Part shown: positions 26,076 to 34,476 of the stretch, piece by piece | How positions within the stretch are numbered: the first letter of the stretch is position 1 | Layout of the letters: every line of letters starts with the position of its first letter | From: Bacteroidota bacterium | Lineage (GTDB): Bacteria > Bacteroidota > Ignavibacteria > UBA10030 | Assembly: GCA_050015675.1 (NCBI GenBank) | Contig: JBEKAY010000005.1 | Coordinates: 52,641 to 116,640, forward strand | Length of the DNA: 64,000 nucleotides | Reading direction: 5' to 3' | Notes under the pieces: generated by a model | What the model saw: only the letters and a program-made list of their open reading frames with translations | What the model was told of the DNA's origin: nothing | Database searches by the model: none | Made by a program: the position numbers and the translations under genes

Positions 26076-27416
26076 ATGTTTTATAAATCTAGAATGCATA
26101 ATATTTCTGTTGATAGACTTTTTCAGTTTCTGCAGCATTTGTTTCGTACTCCACTCGGTTTAATTATAGTACTTTTAACTTTTAGTTTTTTCTCTTTTTG
26201 TTACAGTCAACCGGCAGGATTATCCGCTACTGCCCAAAAATGGGTGGGAACCTGGGCTACGGCACCAATGCTTGTGGATACAAGTAATATGCCTCCTTCA
26301 CCGGGTTTGACCAATAATTCATTGCGACAGATAGTCCGGGTTTCAATCGGTGGAGATACTATCCGGTTAAGATTCTCCAATGAATTCAGCACAAGCGCTG
26401 TTACTATGAAATCTGTCCAAATTGCCGTATCAACCGGAGGCAATACCTTTAACGCATCCACCAATAAAGAATTGAAATTTAATGGAAACTCCGAGGTCAG
26501 AATGAATGCGGGTGTTGCGGTTACTTCAGATCCAATTGCGTTCAATTTGACACCAAGGATGGATTTAGCAATCACCATCTACTTTGGCTCAACATCTAGC
26601 ACTGTGACCGGCCATCCCGGGTCTCGCACCACTTCATATATTATAGCCGGAAACACGACTACTAAAACCGATTTCACAGGCGCTGTCACGACAGAACATT
26701 GGTACAACATCAATACGATTGATGTACTGGCGCCGTCAACTGCAGCTTGTGTTGCGATTCTTGGTAACTCCATTACCGATGGACGAGGTTCAACAACTAA
26801 CATGCAAAATAGATGGCCGGATATATTTTCAGAGAAGCTTCTTGCAAATTCAAGTACTCAGCAAGTAGGTGTTCTCAATCTGGGCATTGGAGGTAATTTC
26901 GTGCTTTCAGGTGATATAGGCCCTATAGGCCCAACCGGAGTAAGCCGATATGATCGAGACATTATTAATCAAAGTGGGGTACGTTGGGCTATCGTTTTTG
27001 AAGGGGTTAATGATATTGGTGGGGTCAGATCTGCTTCTGCTGCAACTACGAAAGCCAATAGTCTTATTGCTGCCTACCAGCAGATGATTGTTAAAGCTCA
27101 TAATAATAATATCAGGATTTACGGTGCTACCATTCTGCCCTTTAATGGTAATTCTTACTATAATCAATATAGTGATGTATGCCGAAATACCGTTAATCAA
27201 TGGATTCGTAACAGTGGCTCTTATGATGGGGTTATTGATTTCGATAAGACGATGCGAAATCCACAGGATACTACGAGACTTGTGTCAACATATCAAAATG
27301 ATGGTCTGCACCCTGATGCGGCAGGACATAAAACGATGGGTGAATCCATGGATCTGAATTTGTTTACTGGGTCAGATACTACAACGCTTGGGGGTAAATT
27401 CTATAAAAACAATTGA
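26076..27416 (+). CDS. secreted SGNH/GDSL-family esterase, apparently separated from its T9SS tail
   Basis: Carries SGNH blocks 'ILGNSITDG', 'GIGGN', 'FEGVNDIG' and 'DGLHPD'. The N-terminal beta-rich domain follows a hydrophobic signal/anchor. An alternative start is the ATG at 26094. Confidence 0.8.
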   Translation: MFYKSRMHNISVDRLFQFLQHLFRTPLGLIIVLLTFSFFSFCYSQPAGLSATAQKWVGTWATAPMLVDTSNMPPSPGLTNNSLRQIVRVSIGGDTIRLRFSNEFSTSAVTMKSVQIAVSTGGNTFNASTNKELKFNGNSEVRMNAGVAVTSDPIAFNLTPRMDLAITIYFGSTSSTVTGHPGSRTTSYIIAGNTTTKTDFTGAVTTEHWYNINTIDVLAPSTAACVAILGNSITDGRGSTTNMQNRWPDIFSEKLLANSSTQQVGVLNLGIGGNFVLSGDIGPIGPTGVSRYDRDIINQSGVRWAIVFEGVNDIGGVRSASAATTKANSLIAAYQQMIVKAHNNNIRIYGATILPFNGNSYYNQYSDVCRNTVNQWIRNSGSYDGVIDFDKTMRNPQDTTRLVSTYQNDGLHPDAAGHKTMGESMDLNLFTGSDTTTLGGKFYKNN

Positions 27417-27417
27417 T

Positions 27418-27679
27418 GGTTATGTATTAGGACAGAATTATCCAAATCCGTTCAATCCGGCGACAAACATCTCGTTTAATGTTCTGAACCGTAGTTATAT
27501 TTCAATATTCATCTACGATCTACGTTTGTCGGCAAATCGAGGAGCTTGTTGAAAAGGAATTGTTACCTGGAAAATATTGAGTTGATTGGACTCCAGCAAA
27601 TATATCGGGCGGAATTTATTCTTGTCGAATGGCTTCATATGTTTTTTCGGAAACGAAAAAACATATATTTCTAAAATAA
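27418..27679 (+). pseudogene. decayed T9SS C-terminal sorting domain detached from the SGNH esterase gene
   Basis: - The +1 frame relative to the esterase reads GYVLGQNYPNPFNPATNISFNV...IFIYDL.
- After another frameshift (about 27520-27540) it reads RQIEELVEKELLPGKY*VDWTPANISGGIYSCRMASYVFSETKKHIFLK*.
- An internal TGA sits at 27578-27580. Confidence 0.65.
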
Positions 27680-27690
27680 AATTATGGCGT

Positions 27691-27989
27691 TGCCTAATCA
27701 GGCACTCCCCGAAAAAATCGGGGCAGGCAAGTCCCGCTATCAATATTTAAACTAAAGTGGCGGGATGGCGCCTTCGGCGCTCACTCGGCTTGTCCAGACA
27801 ATTGAATCACGCAAAGCGTGATACTAAATATGAATGAGCGCCCGCCAAAAGATGAAGCATGGCGGGTAAATGGGTACTTTAAGTCCCGCTGTACGGGATG
27901 CTGTAAAGCGACACATTGCGAGCAAAGGTTTTGTGGAATTGGAAGTAACAGAATGAACTATAGAAGTAGTAATCCCGCATAGCGGGATT
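27691..27989. repeat. cluster of short GC-rich hairpins in an AT-rich spacer (same families as 11688-12051 and 39456-39473)
   Basis: Stems read directly from the sequence:
- TGCCT/AGGCA (27691-27704)
- CCCCGA/TCGGGG (27707-27723)
- TCCCGC/GCGGGA (27732-27765)
- GCGCC/GGCGC (27768-27780)
- ATCACGC-AAA-GCGTGAT (27806-27822)
- CCCGCC/GGCGGG (27841-27866)
- TCCCG/CGGGA (27884-27898)
- AATCCCGC-ATA-GCGGGATT (27972-27989). Confidence 0.5.
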
Positions 27990-28241
27990 ACAATTACAGG
28001 GCTCCGCCTGTTAGGTTGCACTGATATTTTAATTGGCTCGGTATTTTTGTTTTTTAGTAGTGGTTGGGGAGGAGTGATGAATCACGCCCTTACATAAACT
28101 CAAGGTTTTTATAATGATTCTCTGTTCTTCAAGTATTACTTATAAACTATCTTCATTTTGAGGAAACGTTTGGTACGTTGTGAATGTTAATATTCTACAA
28201 ATCAGCCGTATTATTTATCTACTTATTTAAGGAGATGTCCT

Positions 28242-29072
28242 ATGATTACAAAAACTATTTCCATTCTGCTTGCCACTGTTTTCATTGTTACACTGGTTAA
28301 TGCGCAAGTGCAATTGCGTGTGCCACGGATTAGCCAGGGAGCTAAAGTCTCTCAGATTATTGGCTTAAGTGAAGTGTCAATTTCCTATTATCGGCCAGGC
28401 GTAAAAGGTCGTGAGATTTGGGGCAAGCTTTTAAAGTATGGCGAAGTTTGGCGTGCAGGCGCTAACGAGCCGACTCTGTTTACTTTTAGCGATGATGTAA
28501 CCATCGAAGGAAAGAAACTCGGTGCAGGAACATATCGGTTTGTGGTAATTCCTTCAAAGACAGGAGACTGGTCGTTGATATTCAACTCAGAAATCAAGAA
28601 TTGGGGGACAGTATATGATACGAAATATGATACGTTAAAGATAATGGTAAGACCGGAAGAAGCGCCACTGGAAGAGTGGATGTCTTTTAGTTTTACCGAT
28701 CTGACCCCAGCATCTGCCCGTGTCGTACTTGCATGGGAAAAAGTTCGGTTAAGTTTTAAGATCGAGTTCAATGTACTCGCAAAGATTCAAGCATCGGTTG
28801 GAACATGGCAATTACTCAACGGTGCAGCACGGTTCGCGCTCGACAATAAGATGTACTATGAAGAAGGGTTTGCATGGGTAGAACGCTCTATCGCTCTTGA
28901 CAAGAATGCACGAAACCTTCAGACCAAGGCGGAGCTCCTAGCACAAACTGGTAAGGTCGACGAGGCAATCGCGATAGCTGAAGAAGCTGTGAAGATAGTG
29001 AAGGAAAAAGATCCGAAAGCAAACACAAGCGGATTAGAAAAGATGATCGCAGATTGGAAAGCGAAGAAGTGA
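28242..29072 (+). CDS. secreted DUF2911 protein with C-terminal TPR-like helical region
   Basis: Signal peptide, then 'SQGAKVSQIIGLSEVSISYYRPGVKGREIWGKLLKYGEVWRAGANEPTLFTFSDDV..GKKL.AGTY', the DUF2911 pattern. AAGGAG lies before the ATG. Confidence 0.7.
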   Translation: MITKTISILLATVFIVTLVNAQVQLRVPRISQGAKVSQIIGLSEVSISYYRPGVKGREIWGKLLKYGEVWRAGANEPTLFTFSDDVTIEGKKLGAGTYRFVVIPSKTGDWSLIFNSEIKNWGTVYDTKYDTLKIMVRPEEAPLEEWMSFSFTDLTPASARVVLAWEKVRLSFKIEFNVLAKIQASVGTWQLLNGAARFALDNKMYYEEGFAWVERSIALDKNARNLQTKAELLAQTGKVDEAIAIAEEAVKIVKEKDPKANTSGLEKMIADWKAKK

Positions 29073-29090
29073 CAGTGATTCCTTAACAGA

Positions 29091-29127
29091 AAGCCTTCCT
29101 GAATTTGTTTTTGGGAAGGCTTTTTTT
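29091..29127 (+). terminator. rho-independent terminator after the DUF2911 gene
   Basis: 9-bp stem AAGCCTTCC (29091-29099) / GGAAGGCTT (29114-29122) followed by a T run to 29127. It lies between convergent genes. Confidence 0.7.
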
Positions 29128-29157
29128 GCTTTTGATTAAAACCAATTCCCTCCGCAG

Positions 29158-30867
29158 CTATGACGATTTCAAACTGCTGGAAGTTTTGCTTCTCTCGAAA
29201 ACGGAGAGAATAATTCCAACACCAACTACAACAAAACACCCGATGACGTTATACCACAGCCAGGCGATAGATGTGAATCGAAAGCAATATAATACTATGA
29301 CCTCGCCCAATAAAGCGCCAACGAATGCAGCAGTCCCATTGACCGATTTGAAATAGAACGCCAGAAGAAATATACCGAGCATCGTTCCATAAAAGAGCGA
29401 ACCAAGAATGTTCACTGCCTCAACCAGAGATCCCATTCTACCTGCGTATTGCGCGAATGCAATTCCATATAAACCCCAAAACGCCATCATAACGCGCGAG
29501 ACCATGAGATAATGCTTTTCACTTGCCTCACGCTTGATGAAGCGTTTATAGATATCAATGATGGAGGTTGTTGCCAAAGCGCTTAATTCGCCGGATGATG
29601 AAGACATCGACGCGGTGAAAATGCATGCAAATATCAAACCTACTAATCCCGCTGGCAAGTATGTCAATACGAAAGTGAGAAAAATATAATTTGTATCACC
29701 TGTGTCGGATTTACGGTCGTTTTCTAAAAGAAGATTGGACGCTTCTACGCGGATTGCATCGTACCGCTGCTGGAGCAATTGCAGCTCTTCTTTTTTCTCG
29801 GCAACTCGAGTGTCGTCGTGTTGATGCCAGGCCTGCAAATATGCTTTGATTTCTTCCGATTTTTTCTGAAATAAATCATTGTGCTTCTTTTCCAACTGCT
29901 GATAATCTTGTGCCCTTTCGCCCGACTTCACTTTTCCTGCTTCAACAGGATTAAAAATAAGTGGAGGTTGAACGAATTGAAAGAATACGAATACCATCAC
30001 TCCAATGAACAGGATAAAGAATTGCATCGGCACTTTTGCCAGACCGTTGAACAAGAGCGCAAGACGACTTTGCGTGACCGATTCACCGGTCAGATACCGC
30101 TGAACCTGCGACTGATCTGTTCCGAAATAAGCAAGCGCGACAAACATACCGCCAATAATGCCCGACCAGATATTGTACCGGTTGCTGAAATCAAGAGAGA
30201 AATCAATTGTGTTCAACTTTCCCATGACAGCAGAGACAGAAAGGGCATCGGTGAAAGATATTTCTTTGGGAAGCAAGGAAAGAGCAACGCCGAGCGCGAT
30301 ACACATTCCCGCCATAACTATGATGAGTTGAAAAAAATCTGTATAGTTAACTGCTTTGACGCCTCCGGAGGTTGTGTAGATAATGACAAGTCCGCCGATG
30401 ATAACAGAGGTGATCCGTATATCCATACCGAGCATAACGGAAAGGATAAGTGAGGGTGCATAGATTGTTATTCCGGCAGCGAGTCCTCGTGAGACAAGGA
30501 AGATAAGAGTTGTCAGCACTCTGGTTTTTGCATCGAAACGTTTTTCAAGATATTCATAAGCTGTATAAACTCCGAGTTTGTGGAAGATAGGAACCACGGT
30601 GATGCAAAGAATTACCATTGCTATCGGCAATCCAAAATAGAACTGCACAAATCGCATCCCGTCCACATACGCCTGACCCGGTGTCGATGCGAAGGTAATG
30701 GCACTTGCTTGCGTCGCCATAATTGCGAGTGCAACCGTATACCACTTCATCGATCTATCTGCTAACAGAAAACCCTTGATGTTTCGGCTTCCGCGTCCTT
30801 TCCACATCCCATAGAGAACGATGAAGAGGAGGGTTGTTGCAAGCACAATCCAGTCAAGTTGTCTCAT
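29158..30867 (-). CDS. sodium:solute symporter family transporter with a ~90-aa hydrophilic coiled-coil-like insertion
   Basis: 569 aa with SSS-type polytopic topology. A hydrophilic block 'NPVEAGKVKSGERAQDYQQLEKKHNDLFQKKSEEIKAYLQAWHQHDDTRVAEKKEELQLLQQRYDAIRVEASNLLLENDRKSD' is encoded at about 29689-29952. Confidence 0.8.
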   Translation of the reverse strand: MRQLDWIVLATTLLFIVLYGMWKGRGSRNIKGFLLADRSMKWYTVALAIMATQASAITFASTPGQAYVDGMRFVQFYFGLPIAMVILCITVVPIFHKLGVYTAYEYLEKRFDAKTRVLTTLIFLVSRGLAAGITIYAPSLILSVMLGMDIRITSVIIGGLVIIYTTSGGVKAVNYTDFFQLIIVMAGMCIALGVALSLLPKEISFTDALSVSAVMGKLNTIDFSLDFSNRYNIWSGIIGGMFVALAYFGTDQSQVQRYLTGESVTQSRLALLFNGLAKVPMQFFILFIGVMVFVFFQFVQPPLIFNPVEAGKVKSGERAQDYQQLEKKHNDLFQKKSEEIKAYLQAWHQHDDTRVAEKKEELQLLQQRYDAIRVEASNLLLENDRKSDTGDTNYIFLTFVLTYLPAGLVGLIFACIFTASMSSSSGELSALATTSIIDIYKRFIKREASEKHYLMVSRVMMAFWGLYGIAFAQYAGRMGSLVEAVNILGSLFYGTMLGIFLLAFYFKSVNGTAAFVGALLGEVIVLYCFRFTSIAWLWYNVIGCFVVVGVGIILSVFERSKTSSSLKSS

Positions 30868-31007
30868 TTAAACGCTTCGGAAAAGAAATAGAAAAGAATG
30901 ATCAGTGCGATTAAGTTGAGAAGAACAACGAGATAGATTTTTTTCCATGAACCAAGGATGGGCGGCTTCTCTTCAATGACGTCGTTATCAGAATTCAAAT
31001 GTTCCAT
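30864..31007 (-). CDS. 47-aa single-helix membrane micro-protein translationally coupled to the symporter (below the ORF-track length cut-off)
   Basis: Reads MEHLNSDNDVIEEKPPILGSWKKIYLVVLLNLIALIILFYFFSEAFK*. GGAG lies 8 nt before the ATG (31007). Its stop overlaps the symporter start (ATGA at 30864-30867). Confidence 0.45.
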   Translation of the reverse strand: MEHLNSDNDVIEEKPPILGSWKKIYLVVLLNLIALIILFYFFSEAFK

Positions 31008-31048
31008 TTTTAACTCCGTCTCGAGTTATTGGCGTTTGTTTTTTTCTT

Positions 31049-33553
31049 TCAGCGATGTGTGGCTTCCGATGCTCGCCGACGATCACCATGCAGCGAGAGA
31101 ATATTTGCAAATAAGCGATACGCCCCTTCCACACCTGCAGGCAACTGACGGAAGAATGCGTAGGCACAAAACACGTAGTATCCTTTTCCGTACTTTGCAG
31201 TCAGTAAACCGCCAGCCCGATCCGGTTCGTTCGCATCGTGGCAACTGATCACCGAGTCATATTTTGTGTCCCAGCGATCTGCAAAATACAATCCCCGTTC
31301 CTGAATCCATCCCTTGAAATCTTCTTCACTGATTTTGTTTGGTGTTGTCAATAACGGATGGTTCCGGTTCACGAAAGTGATTTTGGCATCTTCTTCGGCG
31401 ACACGATCACGCGAGATATTCAATGGATACGGACCAATATTCTCCGATTCAATTCTTTGCGCAGTAACATATTGAACCACATATGTTCCTCCACGTTTTA
31501 CATAATCCATGAAGCGTTGCTGGTGCATTCGAAGTTTCGGTCGTGCATTGTACGCCCTCACTCCTGCGACAATAACATCGTACTGATCAAGATTTCCTTC
31601 TGCAAGTTCTTCATCCGTAAGAAGCGAAACTGAATATCCCATCTGCCTGATTGCAGAAGGTACATCATCTCCGGCTCCCATAATGTATCCCACAGTATGG
31701 TCATTTTTCCTGAGGTCGACTCTCAAAAGTTTTCCCTCAGCTAACGGAAATATTGTTTGCGGTGGAATGTGTTTGTACTGCGCGGTTTGTAAACCGAGGT
31801 CGACGATAGTTCTTCCGATTTCGACTTCTCCGGTGAATGTACCGCTCTTTGCACCGTTGTGCGGCCGTACGGCAAAGGAGAAAGTCTGCTCTTCACCTTT
31901 ATTCTGAAACTGAAACTCGGACTGCTCGGGCATGGCACTCCAATACTCCGGCAGTTTCAATCGCACTACGCCATGTGCATTTGATATCGAAGTTTTGAGA
32001 GAAAGAGATATTCGTCGTTCGGATAAATCTGGAAATAGAACTACTGGTTCTTGAACATTGACAACAACGGGCGGAACAATTTCAAAGGGACGCAGTAACT
32101 CTCCATCTATTGGATCGATGATTCTTTGATATAGCGGAATATCGACTGTTAATTTTCCATCAGGTGAAGAGAACATGGCTTTAATAATGATAGGCGGTAC
32201 ATTTTCCGGCTGGCCAACTAATAATTGGTTTGAAATGTTGTACGAGCCAACATTAGGTTTCTCTATTAGCCAATACGGTTGAGTATAATTGATTTGTTCC
32301 GATAATTTCAACGTGAAGTTTAAACGGATAGGTCTATTCGTTTCAAGTTTTGAATGCAAGAGTGTGTCAATCCCGCCAAATGGCAGGACGATATGTTCAA
32401 GAATAAAAGGATATGCCGACCGATTGAGAATTGTTGTGGCGAATTTCACTTCACCGCCTGGAATTGCGGAATTATCTGTAGTCGCGGCGTCAATCCAAGC
32501 TCCGGCACATGCGAGAATCACGCGTGTCAATTTTTCCTTCTTAAAAATGACCCAAGGATCTTGTGTGAATGTGTTAAGAAGATTCAAAGCCTTGAAGAGC
32601 AATGGAATCGATCGAGCGGGCGTTTCATCGTCAAACCTTTGGAAGGCTTCGTCAAGAATTTTTCCTATACTATCCGCACCTTTCACTCTTGACCATCCAG
32701 TATTGATTCCATCAAAAAGATCCTTCTTTGCAGTATCGCCGGCGGTGTGTTGGAAGTAATTCAGAGACTCACCGCGGTTCTGCCCTGCACCCATACCTTG
32801 GCTTTTGTGCATACTCCGTCCTTCGCCGGCAATTTCTGTGAACGATTTTCCGAGTAAAGGAGAATACGCTCCAACGTCCATGGTCACAATATGCAGGTCT
32901 TTCTGAATTGTATCAGTTTGCAACGGGCGGAATCCATTCCATACAATTCGTTTTGCTTGCCAAGGCGATACATACTGAAGCTGCTCGGGGAATCGAGATG
33001 GGTCTGCCGCAGCACGAAATGCTTCCTCTGCAAGGATCGCAGAGGCTGTGTGATTTCCATGACCGCCAAGTGTCGGCGTAAAACGCGTCACGATAACATC
33101 CGGCCTGAATGTGCGAATAACCCAGACCACATCAGCAAGGGTTTTTTCTTTTCCCCAGAAGCGTAAAGTTTCTTCCGAGGTCTTGGAGAAACCGAAATCA
33201 ATTGCGCGCGTGAAGTATTGTTCTGCGCCATCAAGTCTTCGTGCAGCAAGAAGTTCTTGAGTTCGGATTAATCCCAGCATTTCTCCCTGCTCGGGACCAA
33301 GAAGATTCTGGCCTCCTTCGCCACGCGTGATCGATAGATATGCGGTTCGATAGCACCGATCCTGTGCAAGAGCAGCAAGCAACGCCGTGTTTTCATCATC
33401 AGGATGTGCTCCGATGTAAAGAACCGACCCCAGCACCGTGAGTTTCTTTAGTGAGAGTTTGATCTCGGCAGCATCGCGCGGTTCTGATGATTGAGCATAA
33501 ACTAATTGAGCAATGAAAAGAATAAGGAATAGCAAAGAGGTTCGTCGAATCAT
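31049..33553 (-). CDS. large secreted PIG-L/LmbE-family deacetylase with C-terminal glutamine-amidotransferase-like domain
   Basis: Signal peptide, the 'IGAHPDDENTALL' LmbE/PIG-L zinc motif and 'HGNHTA'. 834 aa. The C-terminal ~200 aa ('YDVIVAGVRAYN...GGTYVVQY') resembles a ThuA/class-I GATase-like fold. Confidence 0.75.
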   Translation of the reverse strand: MIRRTSLLFLILFIAQLVYAQSSEPRDAAEIKLSLKKLTVLGSVLYIGAHPDDENTALLAALAQDRCYRTAYLSITRGEGGQNLLGPEQGEMLGLIRTQELLAARRLDGAEQYFTRAIDFGFSKTSEETLRFWGKEKTLADVVWVIRTFRPDVIVTRFTPTLGGHGNHTASAILAEEAFRAAADPSRFPEQLQYVSPWQAKRIVWNGFRPLQTDTIQKDLHIVTMDVGAYSPLLGKSFTEIAGEGRSMHKSQGMGAGQNRGESLNYFQHTAGDTAKKDLFDGINTGWSRVKGADSIGKILDEAFQRFDDETPARSIPLLFKALNLLNTFTQDPWVIFKKEKLTRVILACAGAWIDAATTDNSAIPGGEVKFATTILNRSAYPFILEHIVLPFGGIDTLLHSKLETNRPIRLNFTLKLSEQINYTQPYWLIEKPNVGSYNISNQLLVGQPENVPPIIIKAMFSSPDGKLTVDIPLYQRIIDPIDGELLRPFEIVPPVVVNVQEPVVLFPDLSERRISLSLKTSISNAHGVVRLKLPEYWSAMPEQSEFQFQNKGEEQTFSFAVRPHNGAKSGTFTGEVEIGRTIVDLGLQTAQYKHIPPQTIFPLAEGKLLRVDLRKNDHTVGYIMGAGDDVPSAIRQMGYSVSLLTDEELAEGNLDQYDVIVAGVRAYNARPKLRMHQQRFMDYVKRGGTYVVQYVTAQRIESENIGPYPLNISRDRVAEEDAKITFVNRNHPLLTTPNKISEEDFKGWIQERGLYFADRWDTKYDSVISCHDANEPDRAGGLLTAKYGKGYYVFCAYAFFRQLPAGVEGAYRLFANILSLHGDRRRASEATHR

Positions 33554-33786
33554 GTATGATTATCCAGTGTTTGGTTTTTGTTTCAAATTGAAGCGTCGAA
33601 TTCGTTTCACTTACAATTTACGATTCACGCCGTCAACCTGCAAGGGTGTTTGAATTATGTAGATCGATAAAAGTGATACGGTTTCTCTTGGTAAGTGATA
33701 GATAGGATAAAACAAATTACAACTTGAAACAAAGAGATACGACCTCTATATTAAAGACAGTTCAATATGCGGGGTTGATGTTCTCT

Positions 33787-34476
33787 ATGAAAAAAACAAT
33801 TCTCGTTGTTGATGATGAAAAAGACATTGTTGACCTCCTTTCGTACAATCTTTCTAAGGAGGGCTTCGCGGTTATCACCGCGCGCAACGGAAAAGAAGCA
33901 TTAGAAAAAGTGAAACAGAAACCGGAACTGATCATCTTAGACGTCATGATGCCGGAAATGAATGGATTGCAAGTCATTCAGGAATTAAAAAATGATAAGA
34001 AGACAGCATCCATACCTGTGCTTTTGCTTACAGCAAAGGGTTCGGAGACGGACGAAATTATTGGATTGGAAGTAGGAGCGGATGATTATATCGTCAAGCC
34101 GGTGAAGATTGGAAAGATCGTTGCGCGTGTGCATGCGGTGCTTCGCAGACAGGAACAAGCGGCTCAAAAAGCAATTCCACAGATAGATATTGTTACTATT
34201 AAAGACTTAGAAATTAATGTGTCCAGCTATACAGCAAGTATTGGGAAACAAAAACTGGTGCTTCCGAGAAAAGAATTTGAAACGCTTGTCTATCTTGTTC
34301 GCAATCGTGGCAGAGTGCTCTCACGAGAATCCATCCTGAATGCAGTCTGGGGAGAAAATATTCACGTGGTGGATAGGACGATAGACGTCCACATTAGAAA
34401 AATACGCGAGAAGCTTGGTGTGTATGCGGATTATGTTGAGACTGTCTCCGGTGTTGGATATCGTTTTAGGGCGTAA
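33787..34476 (+). CDS. OmpR/PhoB-family response regulator
   Basis: 'KKTILVVDDEKD', 'LIILDVMMPEMNG' and 'LLLTAKG' form the receiver. The winged-helix output carries 'REFETLVYLVRNRGRVLSRESILNAVWG...DRTIDVHIRKIREKL'. I start at the ATG at 33787 rather than the TTG at 33724. Confidence 0.9.
   Translation: MKKTILVVDDEKDIVDLLSYNLSKEGFAVITARNGKEALEKVKQKPELIILDVMMPEMNGLQVIQELKNDKKTASIPVLLLTAKGSETDEIIGLEVGADDYIVKPVKIGKIVARVHAVLRRQEQAAQKAIPQIDIVTIKDLEINVSSYTASIGKQKLVLPRKEFETLVYLVRNRGRVLSRESILNAVWGENIHVVDRTIDVHIRKIREKLGVYADYVETVSGVGYRFRA

Noticed and set aside
27513-28021. ORFs 27513-27743(-) and 27824-28021(-)
   Set aside because: They run through the decayed T9SS tail and the hairpin cluster. Their peptides are low-complexity translations of palindromic DNA.
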